Under the pieces are notes generated by a model. That model had not been told where the DNA came from and ran no database searches. It saw only the letters and a program-made list of their open reading frames with translations. From contig OX597830.1 in the NCBI GenBank assembly GCA_951406725.2, forward strand, positions 54,002,001 to 54,066,000: a stretch of DNA of 64,000 bases. The letters are read 5' to 3'. Position numbers and translations under genes: made by a program. This DNA comes from Octopus vulgaris (taxonomy: Eukaryota). Each line of letters starts with the position of its first letter. Within the stretch, counting starts at the first letter, position 1. Below are positions 26,578 to 40,170 of this stretch, piece after piece.

Positions 26578-27246
26578 TGTGTACGCGTGTATGTGCGTGC
26601 GTGCGTGCGTGTGCGTGCGTGCGTGTGTGTGTGTACATGCGTGCGAGCGTGTGTATGTGAGTGTGTGATGGAATGATAGACACAAAGGCCTGCCATGATC
26701 CGATGTGACACGCTAGTAAAGCATTTACGTGAGATTTCTCCACACGCACAGCTAATTACTGCAAGATTAAGAAACATAATGAACACTGGGTGTGATTAAT
26801 TCGACATACTTGCTCTTGTGACTGTTGTTCTTATTGTTGCTATGGCTGTTGCAGTTGTTTTTGTTGTGATAATTATCGTTGTTGTTGTTGTTGTTGTTGT
26901 TACTGATTTATACTTTATGGGTTCCAGCAAAGATTTAAGGATTGACTCATGACATAAAATCAGATTAATGCGGTTCACGTTGAGTTGTACAGCTGCAAAA
27001 ACGACATGTGTTGCTGGAAATAAAGTGGGCGAGAAGAAATTTCCAGAGAATTGACGATATGTCAGAAAATGGTTGAGCCATGGTGGCGTAGGTACTTCAT
27101 AACTCTGGAGGTCTAACAGACATTGTAGTAGAAATAGAAGAGGAAAGGTGAAGAAAATATATGCCTTTGTGAGGTATAGCAGTGTAGTTCTCATAGTGAC
27201 CAATACCAGGCAGCCATTCCATCCACTCCCCCGCTCTACAATATTA

Positions 27247-27435
27247 TTTTACTTGTTTTAGTCACTGGGCTGCGGCCATGCTGGGGCACCGCCTTGAAGA
27301 ATTTCTAATCGAAGGAATCAATCACACCCATTATCATTTTTTAAAGCCTGGTACATATTCTATTGTTCTCTTTTGCCGAACCACTAAGTTACAGGGACCT
27401 AAACACACCAGCACTGGTTGTCAAGCAGTGGTGGG

Positions 27436-27484
<49 letters not shown>

Positions 27485-27720
27485 TTATTCTTTTCTTCGT
27501 TTCAGTCTTTAGACTGCGGCCATGCTGGGGCCCCGCTTTGACGAATTCTTAATAGAATGGATCACAGCCATTACTATTTTTTAAGCCTGGTACTTAATTC
27601 TATCGGTAATTTTTGCCGAACCGCTAAGTTACTGGGTGGTGGGAGACAGATATACACACACACATATGTATATATACGACAGGCTGCTTTCAGTTTCCGT
27701 CTATCAAATCCACTCACAAG
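27247..27720 (-). mobile_element. Two adjacent partial SINE B copies
   Basis: ctgcggccatgctgggg..ccgc occurs twice, with tttgccgaacc.ctaagtta. Confidence 0.8.
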
Positions 27721-28230
27721 ACCCCCAAGGAGCTGGTTTCTAACAAAGATACAAAGCTCCATCATTGGAATGTAGATAACGAAAACAATGTCACATTTTA
27801 AGCCTGAGAAACGTCTTGCATAGTTTTACTGTTCCGCTTACAGATTGCGAGTTAGTTGGTTGATTTCTTTTGCTGAAAAATCCAATCTTATCCAGATTGA
27901 CAGTTAAGCATTTACATACAAAATCAGATACTCCAATTATTATTGATATAAATATAAATTTGTGATCTGGATTTAGAAGCTGGAGGTTTTGAAGTAGTTG
28001 TCCATAGTTATCTTCTTTCTCTTTGATTTTCAAGGAGATATTCACGCCAGCAGGACAGCTCACTCCCATGACGGTACATACCTTTTCTTGTTTATCTCAA
28101 ACATCAGTGTTCGGCTTGTTATACTTACTCTTGACAGATGTTTTGACGGGACTGTTCCACCAGTAATCCTTGTGCTGATATTTGTGTACATTTTCAATAA
28201 CAAGGGGAGGTGTTCGTGGGTCAGAAGGCA
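27720..28230 (-). mobile_element. Fragment of the RLE LINE family seen at 9749-10682
   Basis: YWWNSPVKTSVK, SCPAGVNISLKIKEKEDNY, GTVKLCKTF. Shared 3' UTR ttccaatga.ggagc. Confidence 0.8.
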
Positions 28231-28542
28231 GTAACAAAAGAGGCCTGAACATATATAAATATGTATATATATGTTCAGGCTGAATATATATAAAGTTTAG
28301 CAATTAAAAGTAGGTCAACGTAAAACAAAGCATTGACCTTTCCACGACCAGAGTAGGTCTCAGAGGTTAATTCATCCAAATTAATCTGCAAGTGCAGAGA
28401 GAGGGAAAAGAAATGATTATCTGACAATCATGGAAAATGTGGATTCGGTTTCGAAACTTCTCAGCTGCTGTAGCTGCTCCTTAAAAGTGTGTATATGAAT
28501 AATTTTATTATATGCCCTGGATGCATATCATCATCATCATCA

Positions 28543-28594
<52 letters not shown>

Positions 28595-29335
28595 TTTTAA
28601 TCTGCATCCTTGTTACGGTCACTTGCCGAGATACACCCAGCGTCCTGGGACGAGTGAAGGATAAGAGATTTTACAATATGACGGAGAGCTTGCGGAGGGG
28701 AGGTAGTGAAATATCTTCATGTAATACAACACAGATATTTAAATGGATAGGGTTTTTCTAAGGTTGTGGGCAGTACTTGTCAGCACATTTTTTTTATTTC
28801 TCTGAGACATGGTTCTCCTGGGATATTATCAAGATGTTTCTGACATCCCTTTTTGGTCATACATACGGCACCTACAATAACGAACAATTCTCGTTTTAAG
28901 ATGCCACAGCTTTTGTATTTCAATTTCCAGGTCTTTATATTTACTTAGTTTGTCAAATTCCTTGACAGATACATTTTTATCAGTGGGAACACTTATGTCT
29001 GTTAGTCTGCAAGTGTTTTCTTTTCAGTCTTTAATAACTATGTCTGGCCAATTAGCCTGGATCGTTCTGTCAGTGTTGACTGGAAAATCCCAGAGGATAG
29101 TGCCATTTTTACCTTCAACGACTGGCTCAGGATGATGTTCATACCAGTAAGCAGGAGTGTTAATTTTGTAGTGTTTACATATTTTCCAATGTAAATACTG
29201 TCCTAAACTACCGTGGCGATTTTTGTATTTGTTTGGTGTCAGCACAGGACATCCCGAGACGAGATGGTCTATTGTTTCGTCACATGTGTCGCAGAATCTG
29301 CATTTAGGGTCAGAACCGTTTTGAAGAACGAAGAC

Positions 29336-29337
<2 letters not shown>
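28595..29337 (-). mobile_element. Dong/R4-clade LINE 3' fragment inserted in (TAA)n
   Basis: CRFCDTCDETIDHLVSGC, RH, LHWKICKHY, ILWDFPVNTDRTIQANWPDIVIKD. (TAA)n on both flanks. Confidence 0.85.
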
Positions 29338-29396
<59 letters not shown>

Positions 29397-29397
<1 letters not shown>

Positions 29398-29615
29398 GGC
29401 AGCGAGCTGGCAGAATCATTAGAATCACGCTGGACAAAATGCTTAGCGGCATTTCGTCCGTCTTTCAAATTCTGAATTCAAATTCTGCTGTGGTCGACTT
29501 TACCTTTCATCCTTTCGGCGTTGATAAAATAAGTATCAGTTGAGTACTGGGGTCGATGTAATCAACTAACACCCTCCCACAAAATTTCAGGTCTTGTGCC
29601 TATAGTAGAAAGGAT
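29397..29615 (+). mobile_element. SINE family A followed by a (TTC)n(TAT)n tail
   Basis: Head ggcagcgagctggcagaatc, body gtcgactttacctttcatcc. Confidence 0.85.
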
Positions 29616-29637
29616 TCTTCTTCTTCTTCTTCTTCTT

Positions 29638-29723
<86 letters not shown>

Positions 29724-29969
29724 CATTATTATTATTCACGCTTTTGAAATTTTTTGTATCCACCCGTTTTATCTTGCGATGGAAAACTAAAATTTGGCTT
29801 GAGATATTTCTGTGTTTCATTTTCTAAATATCCGTTCTCTTGTACGTTTCTTCAACTATATGGCCTTTTCTTCTGTTGTGCTCTCGCTATCCAAAATTTT
29901 AAAGATGTTTCCGAAAATTTGGTAAACAAGAATATGGATATAAGAAAATTGGCGAAAAAAAAATTAAAT

Positions 29970-31175
29970 AAATACTGACGCTTAAACAAGTAGACTTATA
30001 CATTTTCACAATACAGAAAAGAAATGACAATTTCACAAACTGTGTTGAGAAACATGCAAACATGTTGAATATGGGTCAACTCTCAAAAAAGGATGAGTTC
30101 TGGAGAGGCACCAGTATGTCAGGAAATCAATTGACTCCTTGCCTGAAGAGTTTATTCAAGAAAGGGCAAAAGAAAAGTGACAGGTTTACACATAGAAAAA
30201 CAAAGTGGTTTTCAATGTGCCCTCAAAATTAAGAGTTGAAGGAGGTTCTGAATTAAATAACGAAACGTTTGTTAACATTGTAAAAGAAAAAGAAGTGACT
30301 CGATTTGAGTCAGCTCAAGGAAAATGAAAATGAAAATTCATATGTTAGGTATGTAACAAAAGGTAGTACATCCTTGCCTGATAAATTTATCAAGAAAAGA
30401 ACAAAGAGAAATAAATCGCCTCATTCTCATTACCAGGAGCCGATGAAAACATAGATCACTGCGTAACCGAGGTGGGAATGTAGCTCCTTTTAAAGTACAG
30501 TACTGTTCAGAAGTCACAGTCACTTGTGACATCCTATCGTCTTATGACGATGTAGAGGTGACGAAAAACGGAGAAGGTAGGGAAAATACTATAAAAAAAA
30601 ACGGTACAAAAAGGAGTGAACTTAGACAGAAAGCAGTCAAAAGACTGGATTCCCTCATTAAGGAGGATAACCCTCTATGGGGTGTTGGGAATTTTACTGC
30701 GATCTGAAACGAAAACACAATTTGATATTATACCGGCTCTGATAAAAGACGAACAGTAGGGCATACTGTGTTGATTAGTGAAGAACAGCCCATGACTATT
30801 ATTCTTATTTAAAAACCAAGAAACATTTTAACAGTCTACTTGCAGTGAAAAAGGCCTTAGGATACTTCACAGATCGGCTAGGGACATAGTTGCTTGCGGG
30901 AAGTTTGGAAATCCAGTTTCCGGAAGTGATTGAAGAAAAAGGTGTCTGATCCTACCCAGGTGGCGGATTATCATTCCTATGTAACAAGCTAGATGTCCCT
31001 TATTTGTATTTCTTCCTTTGTTTATTTTTATTTATTTGTATCAAATTTTTAATATCGCTTGAACTATATTTTTCATTACGTTTTCATCACATCACACCAC
31101 GTCATATAACCCTTTTATTTTTTGTGACACGCTTTGTATTAAATAAATAAGCCCTGTTGGCAAATAAAAGAAATG
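29970..31175 (+). mobile_element. Decayed LINE-like remnant ending gccctgttggcaaataaaagaaat
   Basis: A-rich broken ORFs, a T-rich 3' UTR-like stretch, and an end resembling SINE A tail 1. Confidence 0.3.
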
Positions 31176-31659
31176 ATCCTCATCATCATCATCATCATCT
31201 TAATTTTGTTGTTTGGCCTCGAAGTTTCCCACGGTCCTTAATGTTAATGTCTGGGAATTATGAAAGGCAAGAAAAAAGGAAAACGATATTACATACAAAC
31301 ACATACATGCAGACATACTCTCACTCACACACAAACACACACATACATACATATATATGTGCATACACAACTTCCTTTTAATCTTCCCATTCGTAAAGAA
31401 ATTAAATTCTTTCCTTTTTAGAGGCTTACTGAGCTGAGCTGAATTACGTTGTATTACTCAACATGATAATCACACACACACACACAAACACACACGCACG
31501 CACGAACGCACACACACACACATACACACACGCGCGTGCGTGCACAGACACACAAGCGCACCTGTACACATATATGTGCACCTCTATATGCATATGTATG
31601 CACATGCATATATATGTACACATGTATATACATTCATATAAATATGCACATATATGCAC

Positions 31660-31734
<75 letters not shown>

Positions 31735-32160
31735 AGCAGAAATACATGTACACATATACATACATGCTTACGCACACGTGCATGCATGCAGGCATTCACA
31801 CTTGCACACATAGAAGTGCACACACATACAGGCATATACACACATGTGCATACACACATTTGCGCATATACACACAAGCACGCGCTCACACATGCACACA
31901 TGCATGAACTCACACACACACACATGCGTATATGCACTCTTATATACAAACATGTACGCATATATGTACATATATACACACATTTACGCATATGCACACA
32001 TGCATGCACATACATTCTTCCGGTTGACAATCGAAATCCGATTATGACATCCACTCCCAAAAAGATGACATTTTTTGATTATTAAACAATACTATCTTAG
32101 ACCACCAATTTCTGTTGCAAGTAGTGTGTTTATATGCGATGTATATATGTGATGTATATG

Positions 32161-32224
<64 letters not shown>

Positions 32225-33286
32225 ATCTTACTTAAGGGGGTGCGTGCGTTTCGTCATATAATATATTAATAAATAAAATAAAACATATGCATATATATAA
32301 ACATATATGTACATACCTACCTCTACATGTACATATACACGCATATATGAGTACAGGACACCAAAAGGACGTCGAACACAATGAGAAACGAAAACATAGA
32401 CACAAACCAAAGGAACTGGACATTTTTTTTAAAACAGCAAAAAAATAGAGTACAGGACAATTAACACAAAGAAAAACCCCTTCTTCAGTCGCTATGGTTT
32501 CATCTACTCTACGTTTCGAAGGATAAAAGTGAGACGTATCTTAGACAAGAAACTTTCCTTCCTGCGAAACGGTAAAGTAATTGTATTTCTAAACCAGAAA
32601 TCGGACGATCTAGAATTAACCTCCAAAAAATATTTTTACTAAATCTCTTTTATTCATTTCCTCGCTTTCAGCCTTGTGCTATTGGAGTGTAATTTGAAGT
32701 GGTTTTTAGAGTCAATTGATGGCTATCTCTAGCATGTAGGTGCCGTTTCTCAGTACCCTTAATTATAATTATTTCTTTATAATTATATACATACTAGACT
32801 ACTCGTGATCCGTTGGGTCACCTGGAAAGTCTGAGTTTCCCAGCAACGGAGTTTTTGTTTCATGAATTTTTTCCATGTCATTTCGCATGCTTTCAACGAA
32901 TGTGACATCGAAACCACGCGTAAACAGCCTCTTCCTCCGGAAAAGGAAAGATTTAGCTGCCATTTCTTGCACGCCTTTCTACCACGTAACAGATATTTCA
33001 GGTCCTTTATCGCAAATATGTGCTACGTGGTAGTAGGGCGTGCTAGAAATAGCGACCAAATCTTTGGAGCTGAGATGCGTTCAATGCACTCAAAAAATTT
33101 TGTAATGGTATTCACTTGGTGGGGTGGGGATCTTTCGCTTTGATTCTCAGAATTGTCATCCGGATCAGCTGGTTTTGTTCATTAATCTCCGTAAAGAATT
33201 TTTATTTACTTAATTTTGTTTTAAAGTGAAAGAGAGGAGATAATGAAAGATGTATGAACGTGTATTTGAAATGGACGTGTGTGTGT

Positions 33287-33346
<60 letters not shown>

Positions 33347-34143
33347 CAGAAAAGTGCTACTTACACATACATGAAAACACGCACGTTCACTCACTCACTC
33401 TCTCACTCACTCACATACAAACATATGCACACGTACGTACAAAAAATCTACGCATATGTATTGATGTATGTACGTATACATGACAACACGACACTTCACT
33501 CTCTCTCTCTCTCTTTGTTTTGCTCTCTCTTTTTCTCTATCTCTCTCTTCAACAAACACGTCCATTTCATATACACGTACATACATCTTTCACTTTCTTC
33601 TCTCTTTCACTTTAAAACAAAAGTAAATAAATAAAACTTTTTTACGGAAATAAATGACTTAAAAATAATTTTAAAAAAACATTAAAATATTGTCTGTTTA
33701 AAGAAAGCTAAAATATAAATACTTACTGTACAAACAAATTACATATTTGAAATCACATTCAGTTAAATATGTTTCTAAATGATTAAAATATTGTGTACGT
33801 CAAAAAGTCGACGTTTTCTTTTTTCTTAGAAAGCGCGAGGACTATGTGCGTGTATATGTCACAGACAGCGGACGTGTGTTTGTATTGATTGACATATCAT
33901 GACATTCATTATATGTGTGTGTATTCTGTATGTGTGTATGTGTTTTGACGTCACGACTAAACGCAAAAAGTGTGTTTACTCGATTTCATTAATGAATAGA
34001 GGTCCAAATGTCACAACAATTTGTATTGCACTGCCGAAGGTAAGTATGAAAATAAATATGCAAAAAAAAAAGAAAGAAAATTATGATAAAATGTACCATT
34101 TCTGAGATATTTCGGGTACACATAAACATCCTTAGAGTTTTAG

Positions 34144-34200
<57 letters not shown>

Positions 34201-34202
<2 letters not shown>

Positions 34203-34420
34203 ATCACGGTTGATCTTACTAATCGGTTACGCGCTAAGAATACAACGGAGTATTAGGTAACAATCCGATTGTATATCTTTATGTTCTCTATAGAGAGCAG
34301 TCGCCATATTCCTTTCCATATCGGCTAACTCTGATGAGCGTAAAGTTATATAACAGATTGTTATCTAACACTCTGTTGTATTCCTAGCGCGAAACCGGTT
34401 GGTAAGGTCAACCGTGATGG
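34201..34420. repeat. 220-bp imperfect palindrome flanked by TA repeats, carrying a hammerhead
   Basis: Ends CCATCACGGTTGA and TCAACCGTGATGG. Arms align along about 105 bp. Confidence 0.9.
34325..34406 (+). ncRNA. Type I hammerhead motif with long stem II, in one arm of a palindromic element
   Basis: ctaact-CTGATGA-gcg...(atataacaga/tctgttgtat)...cgc-GAAA-ccgg-TT-ggtaag. Stem I pairs at 5 of 6 positions. Confidence 0.6.
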
Positions 34421-34446
34421 ATATATAATACTATACATTTCGGATA

Positions 34447-34485
<39 letters not shown>

Positions 34486-34745
34486 CGTAATTTGAAGAAA
34501 CAAAAGACCTGGTAATTCAATCCGCAAACATGACTCCGATTAGAGATGGAGTTAAAGGACAATTGCACATGATAAATTTAAAATATATAAATACACAGAC
34601 ATTTTTTTTATAGAAAATCTATAAGTAAATAAATATATTTAAAATATATATGTGTGAAGTAATAGATTTTGAATCTCCGGATGCAGATATAAAACCGTTA
34701 AAACATGCGTGTGTCGGTAAAAATATTGGAGTAAGTCTGAAATGA

Positions 34746-35220
34746 TGATGGAAACGAACTAAAACATACAATGAGGAGGGAACTTAAAGTTCGGATAGCT
34801 AAAATTAGTTAAAGTAGGGTACCAACGGCCGTTTCTGGGGGTTCATTGCGGGAAAAAATAAAAGGATATAATACCCATTATTTTGCAATTCCTCCTGAAG
34901 AAGGAAGAATTGCCAGTTAATGGGTATTTTTTTTCCTCTGCAATGAACCCTCAGAAACGGCCGGTGGTACCCAATGAAACCCCAGAAACGGCCGTTGGTA
35001 CCCAATGAACCCTCAGAAACGGCCGGTGGTACCCAATGAAGCCCCAGAAACGGCCGGTGGTAGCCAATGAAACCCTAGAAACGGCCGGTGGTAGCCAATG
35101 AAACCCCAGAAACGGCCGTTGGTACCCAATGAAACCCCAGAAACGGCCGTTGGTACGCTACTTTAAGTAATTTTTACTATAACTTCGCTCCTCACTGTAT
35201 GTTTTAGTTCGTTTCCATCA
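34746..35220. mobile_element. Fold-back/MITE element with about 100-bp TIRs and an internal 31-bp tandem array (7 units, 34941-35157)
   Basis: tgatggaaacgaactaaaacataca inverted at both ends. Unit caatgaaaccccagaaacggccg(t/g)tggta(c/g)c. One inverted unit at 34820-34850. Confidence 0.85.
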
Positions 35221-35394
35221 AACTCTCCATTAGCAGATCACATCAGATTTTGTGGTGTTGACTGTGCCAGCTTCTTCCTGTTTAATGTTCTCACAGCATC
35301 AGCATTGTATGGATCAAAAAAGCATTACCGTATTTACATAATAGCTCCAGAACCCGCCCTCTACAGTGCTAGATTGTTGCGTGGACCCACCTGA

Positions 35395-35825
35395 GGTCAA
35401 GAATTGCCGTTTTGTCTGAAGTAGATTACTAGACCGCTACTATATTCAGTTTCATGGTGGAGACGCCTGCTCGCACGTAGGAAAAATATGTTTAAGAACA
35501 CTGGTGATAATACATACCCTGTCTTACTCCTCTGTGTACAAGGAAGGGCTCGGACCCTTGTCCCCCTATCGGTCCAAGCAGTCAACCCATTGCGGAACCA
35601 GTGGAAGATGTTAAATTGAGACACCAAACCTAAGGAGGACATCACACAAGGACACTTTTGGAAGTGTCAAATACTTCGCAGAGGTCGAGAAAGACCATAA
35701 ATAAGTCCTCATGTTACTCCTGACACTTTCTTCAAGCTGCCAGGCTGTGAAGATCATGTTCTTCTTTTTCCTAAATTCACATTGCGCCACAGTAAGTACT
35801 GACTCTGTGATACTGCTTCTGTTGT
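35395..35825 (-). mobile_element. Decayed RTE-like reverse transcriptase fragment
   Basis: QCEFRK..MIFTAWQLEE and G.VLSPVFLNIFF remnants. Confidence 0.6.
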
Positions 35826-36798
35826 CTCGGAAGCAGCAACTTAGAGACAAAAGAAAGAAAGGACGTGGTTCTTATTGTGGCCTGTTGTGACACCAGCTCA
35901 GTCCATCATCCATTAGAGGAGAAGTCAACAAGACTAGTTCGATGATAACTCTAACCCAACGCTTAAAGAATGCACAAAGTAACTTTGGACATTGACACCA
36001 GCAGAAGGCTGGGAGTGGGGGAACGCAATGGGTAATATGTACCACAGAAAACGGATAGACGAAAATGGAGAATAAAATCCAGTCCATGGTACACATTAAT
36101 GAACTCATGTATAGGTATAGCCATACACGTACACACACACACACGCATTCGCACACACATACATACATACACACATACACATTCATACACACACACACAT
36201 ACATACACATTACACATACATACATACACACACATACATGCATACACACATACACATTCATACACACACATACATACATACACACATACACATTCATACA
36301 CACACACATACACACATACACATACATATATACATACACACACATACACGCATACACGCATACGCATTCACTCAAGTCTGTACACACGTCCATATATATT
36401 GTACATACATATAACTACCAACAGAATATACCCTCACAAGCACCAATACAACCATCCGCCCACAAACCATCCCCCCCACAACCACCCACACAATCACCCC
36501 TACTACCACCCCCTCAACGACTCCCTCAACCGTCAGCACAACTACTCAAGCGCCCTCACGATTACCTACACTGCAACCTACACAATACCCACACAACCAC
36601 TCCTACAACCTTCCCCCACAGTTACCTTTGCAACCACCTAGTTTCTCACCTGTCAATTATTACTCTGAATTCTCTTGTTGTTGATTGATGATGTCATAAT
36701 TATCCATGCTCCTCCTTCTTCCATTCCCCTCTCCCTCCTCCTACTCCTCCTCCCCAGCAACCACCACCACCAAAACCACCACCACCACCACCACCACC

Positions 36799-36841
<43 letters not shown>

Positions 36842-36844
36842 ATC

Positions 36845-37030
36845 CTTTCTACTATAGGCACACGGCCTGAAATTTTGGGACAGGGGATTAGTCGATTGCA
36901 ACGAGCCCAGTGTTTCACTGGTACTTAATTTATCGACCCCGAAAGGATGGAAAGTAAAATCGGCCTCGGCGGAATGTGAACTCAGAACGTAAAGAAAGAC
37001 GAAATGCCGCAAAGCATTTTGTCCGACGCA
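36845..37030 (-). mobile_element. SINE family A
   Basis: Reverse complement of the catcctttcggggtcgataaattaagtacc body. Confidence 0.8.
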
Positions 37031-37104
37031 CTAAAGATTTTGATTTCAGCATGAGGGCAGCAATTTTAGGTGAGGGAATTAGTTAATTACATCAATCCAG
37101 TACG

Positions 37105-37412
37105 CTTTTTTGTCACCCTTTTCAAGCCTGGCCAGGCTCATGGGCCCGGTTTCCCAGTTTCTGTGACGTATGTGCCCCCCCCCCCCCAGCTAGACGGGAC
37201 GCCAGTCCATCGCAGCGTTACTCAAGAAACAGGAAGAGAGAGTGGCGAAAGAGTACAACAGGGGTCGCCATACCCCACCCCCTGCCGGAACCTCGTGGAG
37301 CTTTTAGGTGTTTTCGCTCAATGAACACACCCAACGCCCGGTCTGGGAATCGGAACCGTGATCCTCCGACCGCGAGTCCGCTGCCCTAGCCACTGGGCCA
37401 TTGCACCTCCAC
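37105..37412 (-). mobile_element. SINE family D
   Basis: Minus-strand head gtggaggtgcaatggcccagtggctagggc...ggttccgattccc. Homologous to 11035-11326. Confidence 0.8.
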
Positions 37413-38345
37413 AATCCAGTACTTCACTAGTACTTTATCTTAAAGTCAACCTCAGCTAGAATTTGAACTCGCATCGCAGCTTTAATATAGTTTCTCTGTA
37501 TTTTCATGTTGTTACCCCTATTTGTGTCTCTATATTATGTCTCAGAATTGTGTTCCAGCAAGGTGGCGTACTAGTAGAATCGTTACATGTCGGACAAAAT
37601 GCTTAGTGGTATTTCTTCCGGCTCCTTACGTTCTGAGTTCAAATGCCGCCGAAGTTGACTTTTCCTTTCATCCTCTCAGAGTCGATAAAATAAGTATCAG
37701 TTGGGCACATGCAATCGACTTCCTCGCTCTCCTCAAAATTACCGGCCTTGTGCTAAAATTTGAATGAAAAACAGTCAGAAAGAAATTCTGTGTCCTTGTA
37801 CTTTTTCTCTATATTGAGTCTTCATGTTATACATTTATCCTACCACTTCACGTTGTGTTTTCACACACTACAAAAACATTAAGTATTTTAGCAGATTCAA
37901 ATAACTTAGGCCACGCATAACTATATGGTAATCATGCAGAAGGTACTTTTTGGAAAAATTCTTGTCATTGTTATAACTTGCCTTATCATTGAATTATTTT
38001 CACGTAAACTATTTATTCTTCGACTCATTCTGTAGCTTGTTTGTTGTGCGAAGACAATGTTTTATCGATGAGGTCTTCTAAGACCTAAACAATGGCAGAA
38101 TTGTCTGTACACTACTTTATCTCTTCTAGCTATCTCTGTTTAAATTTTGACCAATTGAAAAATCGGAGTTCTTTCCCTTAAGTCTTTTTTCGTATTCTAG
38201 TGACGATTCTTATTGCAAGTAAATTACAAAAATGATAGACTGAATTTACACATATATGAAGAATTCTAGATGTTTTTTTTTTTTATATACGTGACTCGGA
38301 AGCCAGCTCCTTAACCACACAGCCACACTTGCACCTGTTTAACAC

Positions 38346-39015
38346 TAGCAGTAATACCTGACGTTGATCAGATCGTTACTTTTACTGTTACTCATGCAGA
38401 GAAGATAGAAAATTTGGTATGTCATATAGAAAAATAGCTTTACGGAATCCAGGTGGCTGCAATGGTACTGAAAAGGTTACAGGTTAAGTGGAACATCCAT
38501 TTGTCACTGTTCCTTTTAACGTTTGAATAAGCGGTATGCCAAAGGAGAATTGAAAGATTCAGTTTGAACGCGAATGAAGCTAGAAGAATAGCTATATCAT
38601 ATAGAAGAATAGTTTGACGGAATCCAGGTGAATGTGTGATGGCACTGAGAAGGCCACAGGTGAAGTGGAAGACCCATTTGTCACGGTTTCTTTTAACATT
38701 TGAATAGGCCGTATGCCCAAAGACAATTGTAGTCAATAGCATAATAGGAGATATAAAAAAAGCATAATAGCTTCATTTGAACCACTTACTTTCATTTTGG
38801 TGAACAAACAAACAAACATACAAACGGACAGAATCTCTCTTAAAAAAATATTATATATATAGAATATGTAATATAATAATATAATGTAATATAATAATAG
38901 ATAGCTACATATACATAATAGCTTTCTTGAACCATTTACTTTCATTTTGGTGGACAAACAAACGAACAAACACACAAACGGACAGAATCTCCCTCTCTCT
39001 CATATATATATATAA
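38346..39015 (-). mobile_element. Helitron-like element with two internal duplications
   Basis: Minus-strand end caacgtcaggtattactgCTAG|T. Duplicated blocks at about 38440/38620 and 38765/38915. Confidence 0.55.
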
Positions 39016-39264
39016 AATTTTTCTAAAATATACTGTGATCTAAATTTGTAGATAACCTCGCAGATGTATAATACCAAAATTTATCTGGTGACAGAAGAAT
39101 TGCAGAAATTTGATAAAGACTAACAATGAAAGTAAAGTGTACAGCAAACACACACACACACGCACACACACGCACGCACGCACACATACACACACACACG
39201 CACGCACATACACACACACAAAGAAATAAAAAGATTACTTACCATAATATATCATTTCCCAATT

Positions 39265-39470
39265 TTTGCCTCCAAAAGACCCACTTTGCGTGGTGCAAAG
39301 AGAAGAAAGAGGTGAAGTTGGTAGAGCTGACAGTTCCCTAGGAAGCCAACAATGAAGACGTTTTCCTCAGGAAAGACTGAAAATACAGGGAGTTGAAATT
39401 TGCGAAAAGAATGGGTGGGAGGCAATATGCCTTCCTGCAGAGATAAGTGTTTGAGAATTGGCTGGAACTT
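39265..39470 (+). mobile_element. RLE-domain fragment of a Hero-like non-LTR element
   Basis: WCKEKKEVKLVELTVP*EAN...RK..KYREL fits the ELTVPWE..N...RK..KY motif. Confidence 0.55.
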
Positions 39471-39501
39471 GGGTTTATTTAATACTCAGAAGCACACATT
39501 A

Positions 39502-39574
<73 letters not shown>

Positions 39575-39577
39575 CTC

Positions 39578-39635
<58 letters not shown>

Positions 39636-39636
<1 letters not shown>

Positions 39637-40170
39637 TAGGTCGTCAAGTATAACATTTGTAGTAGAGAAAGGAAAGTTTACTTGTGTTTTATAAATGCAA
39701 AGAAAAGTTTTATTCATAAAAAATGCCATTTCAGCGGTCCAGCCTGGAACTGTAAAAGCCTGGCAATCTAGAGTCAATAAAATCTTGGATGGCCTGTTTT
39801 ATAGCATCCTCGGAATTAATTTTTTTTCCTATCAAAAAGTTATCCAAATTCTGGAAGACGTGGTAGTCAGTGGGGACAAGATCAGGTGAGTATGGTCGAT
39901 GATGGAGAATTTCCAACTCCAACACCTGTAGTTTTGCCAATGTCATTTTTGTGATGTGTGGTCTGGCGTTGTCTTGCAATAAAATAGGAACGGATCTGTT
40001 GACTAATCTAGGCTGTTTTTTTGCAAGTTTATGCATCATTTGGTCCAGTTGGCTGCAGTATACTTCGGCCATGATTGATGAGCCAGGTTTAATGAAATCA
40101 TAATGTATCATACCTGGCCAGACCACCAAACATACACCATCAGTTTCTTTTGATGGAGTTTACGTCAATC
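39636..40170 (-). mobile_element. Mariner 3' half (Hsmar1/cecropia-like)
   Basis: ILLQDNARPH and HRPYSPDLVPTDYHVFQNLDNFL. Confidence 0.9.

Noticed and set aside
34941-35157. 31-bp repeats resembling a CRISPR array
   Set aside because: Units are contiguous with no spacers, there are no cas genes, and the context is eukaryotic.
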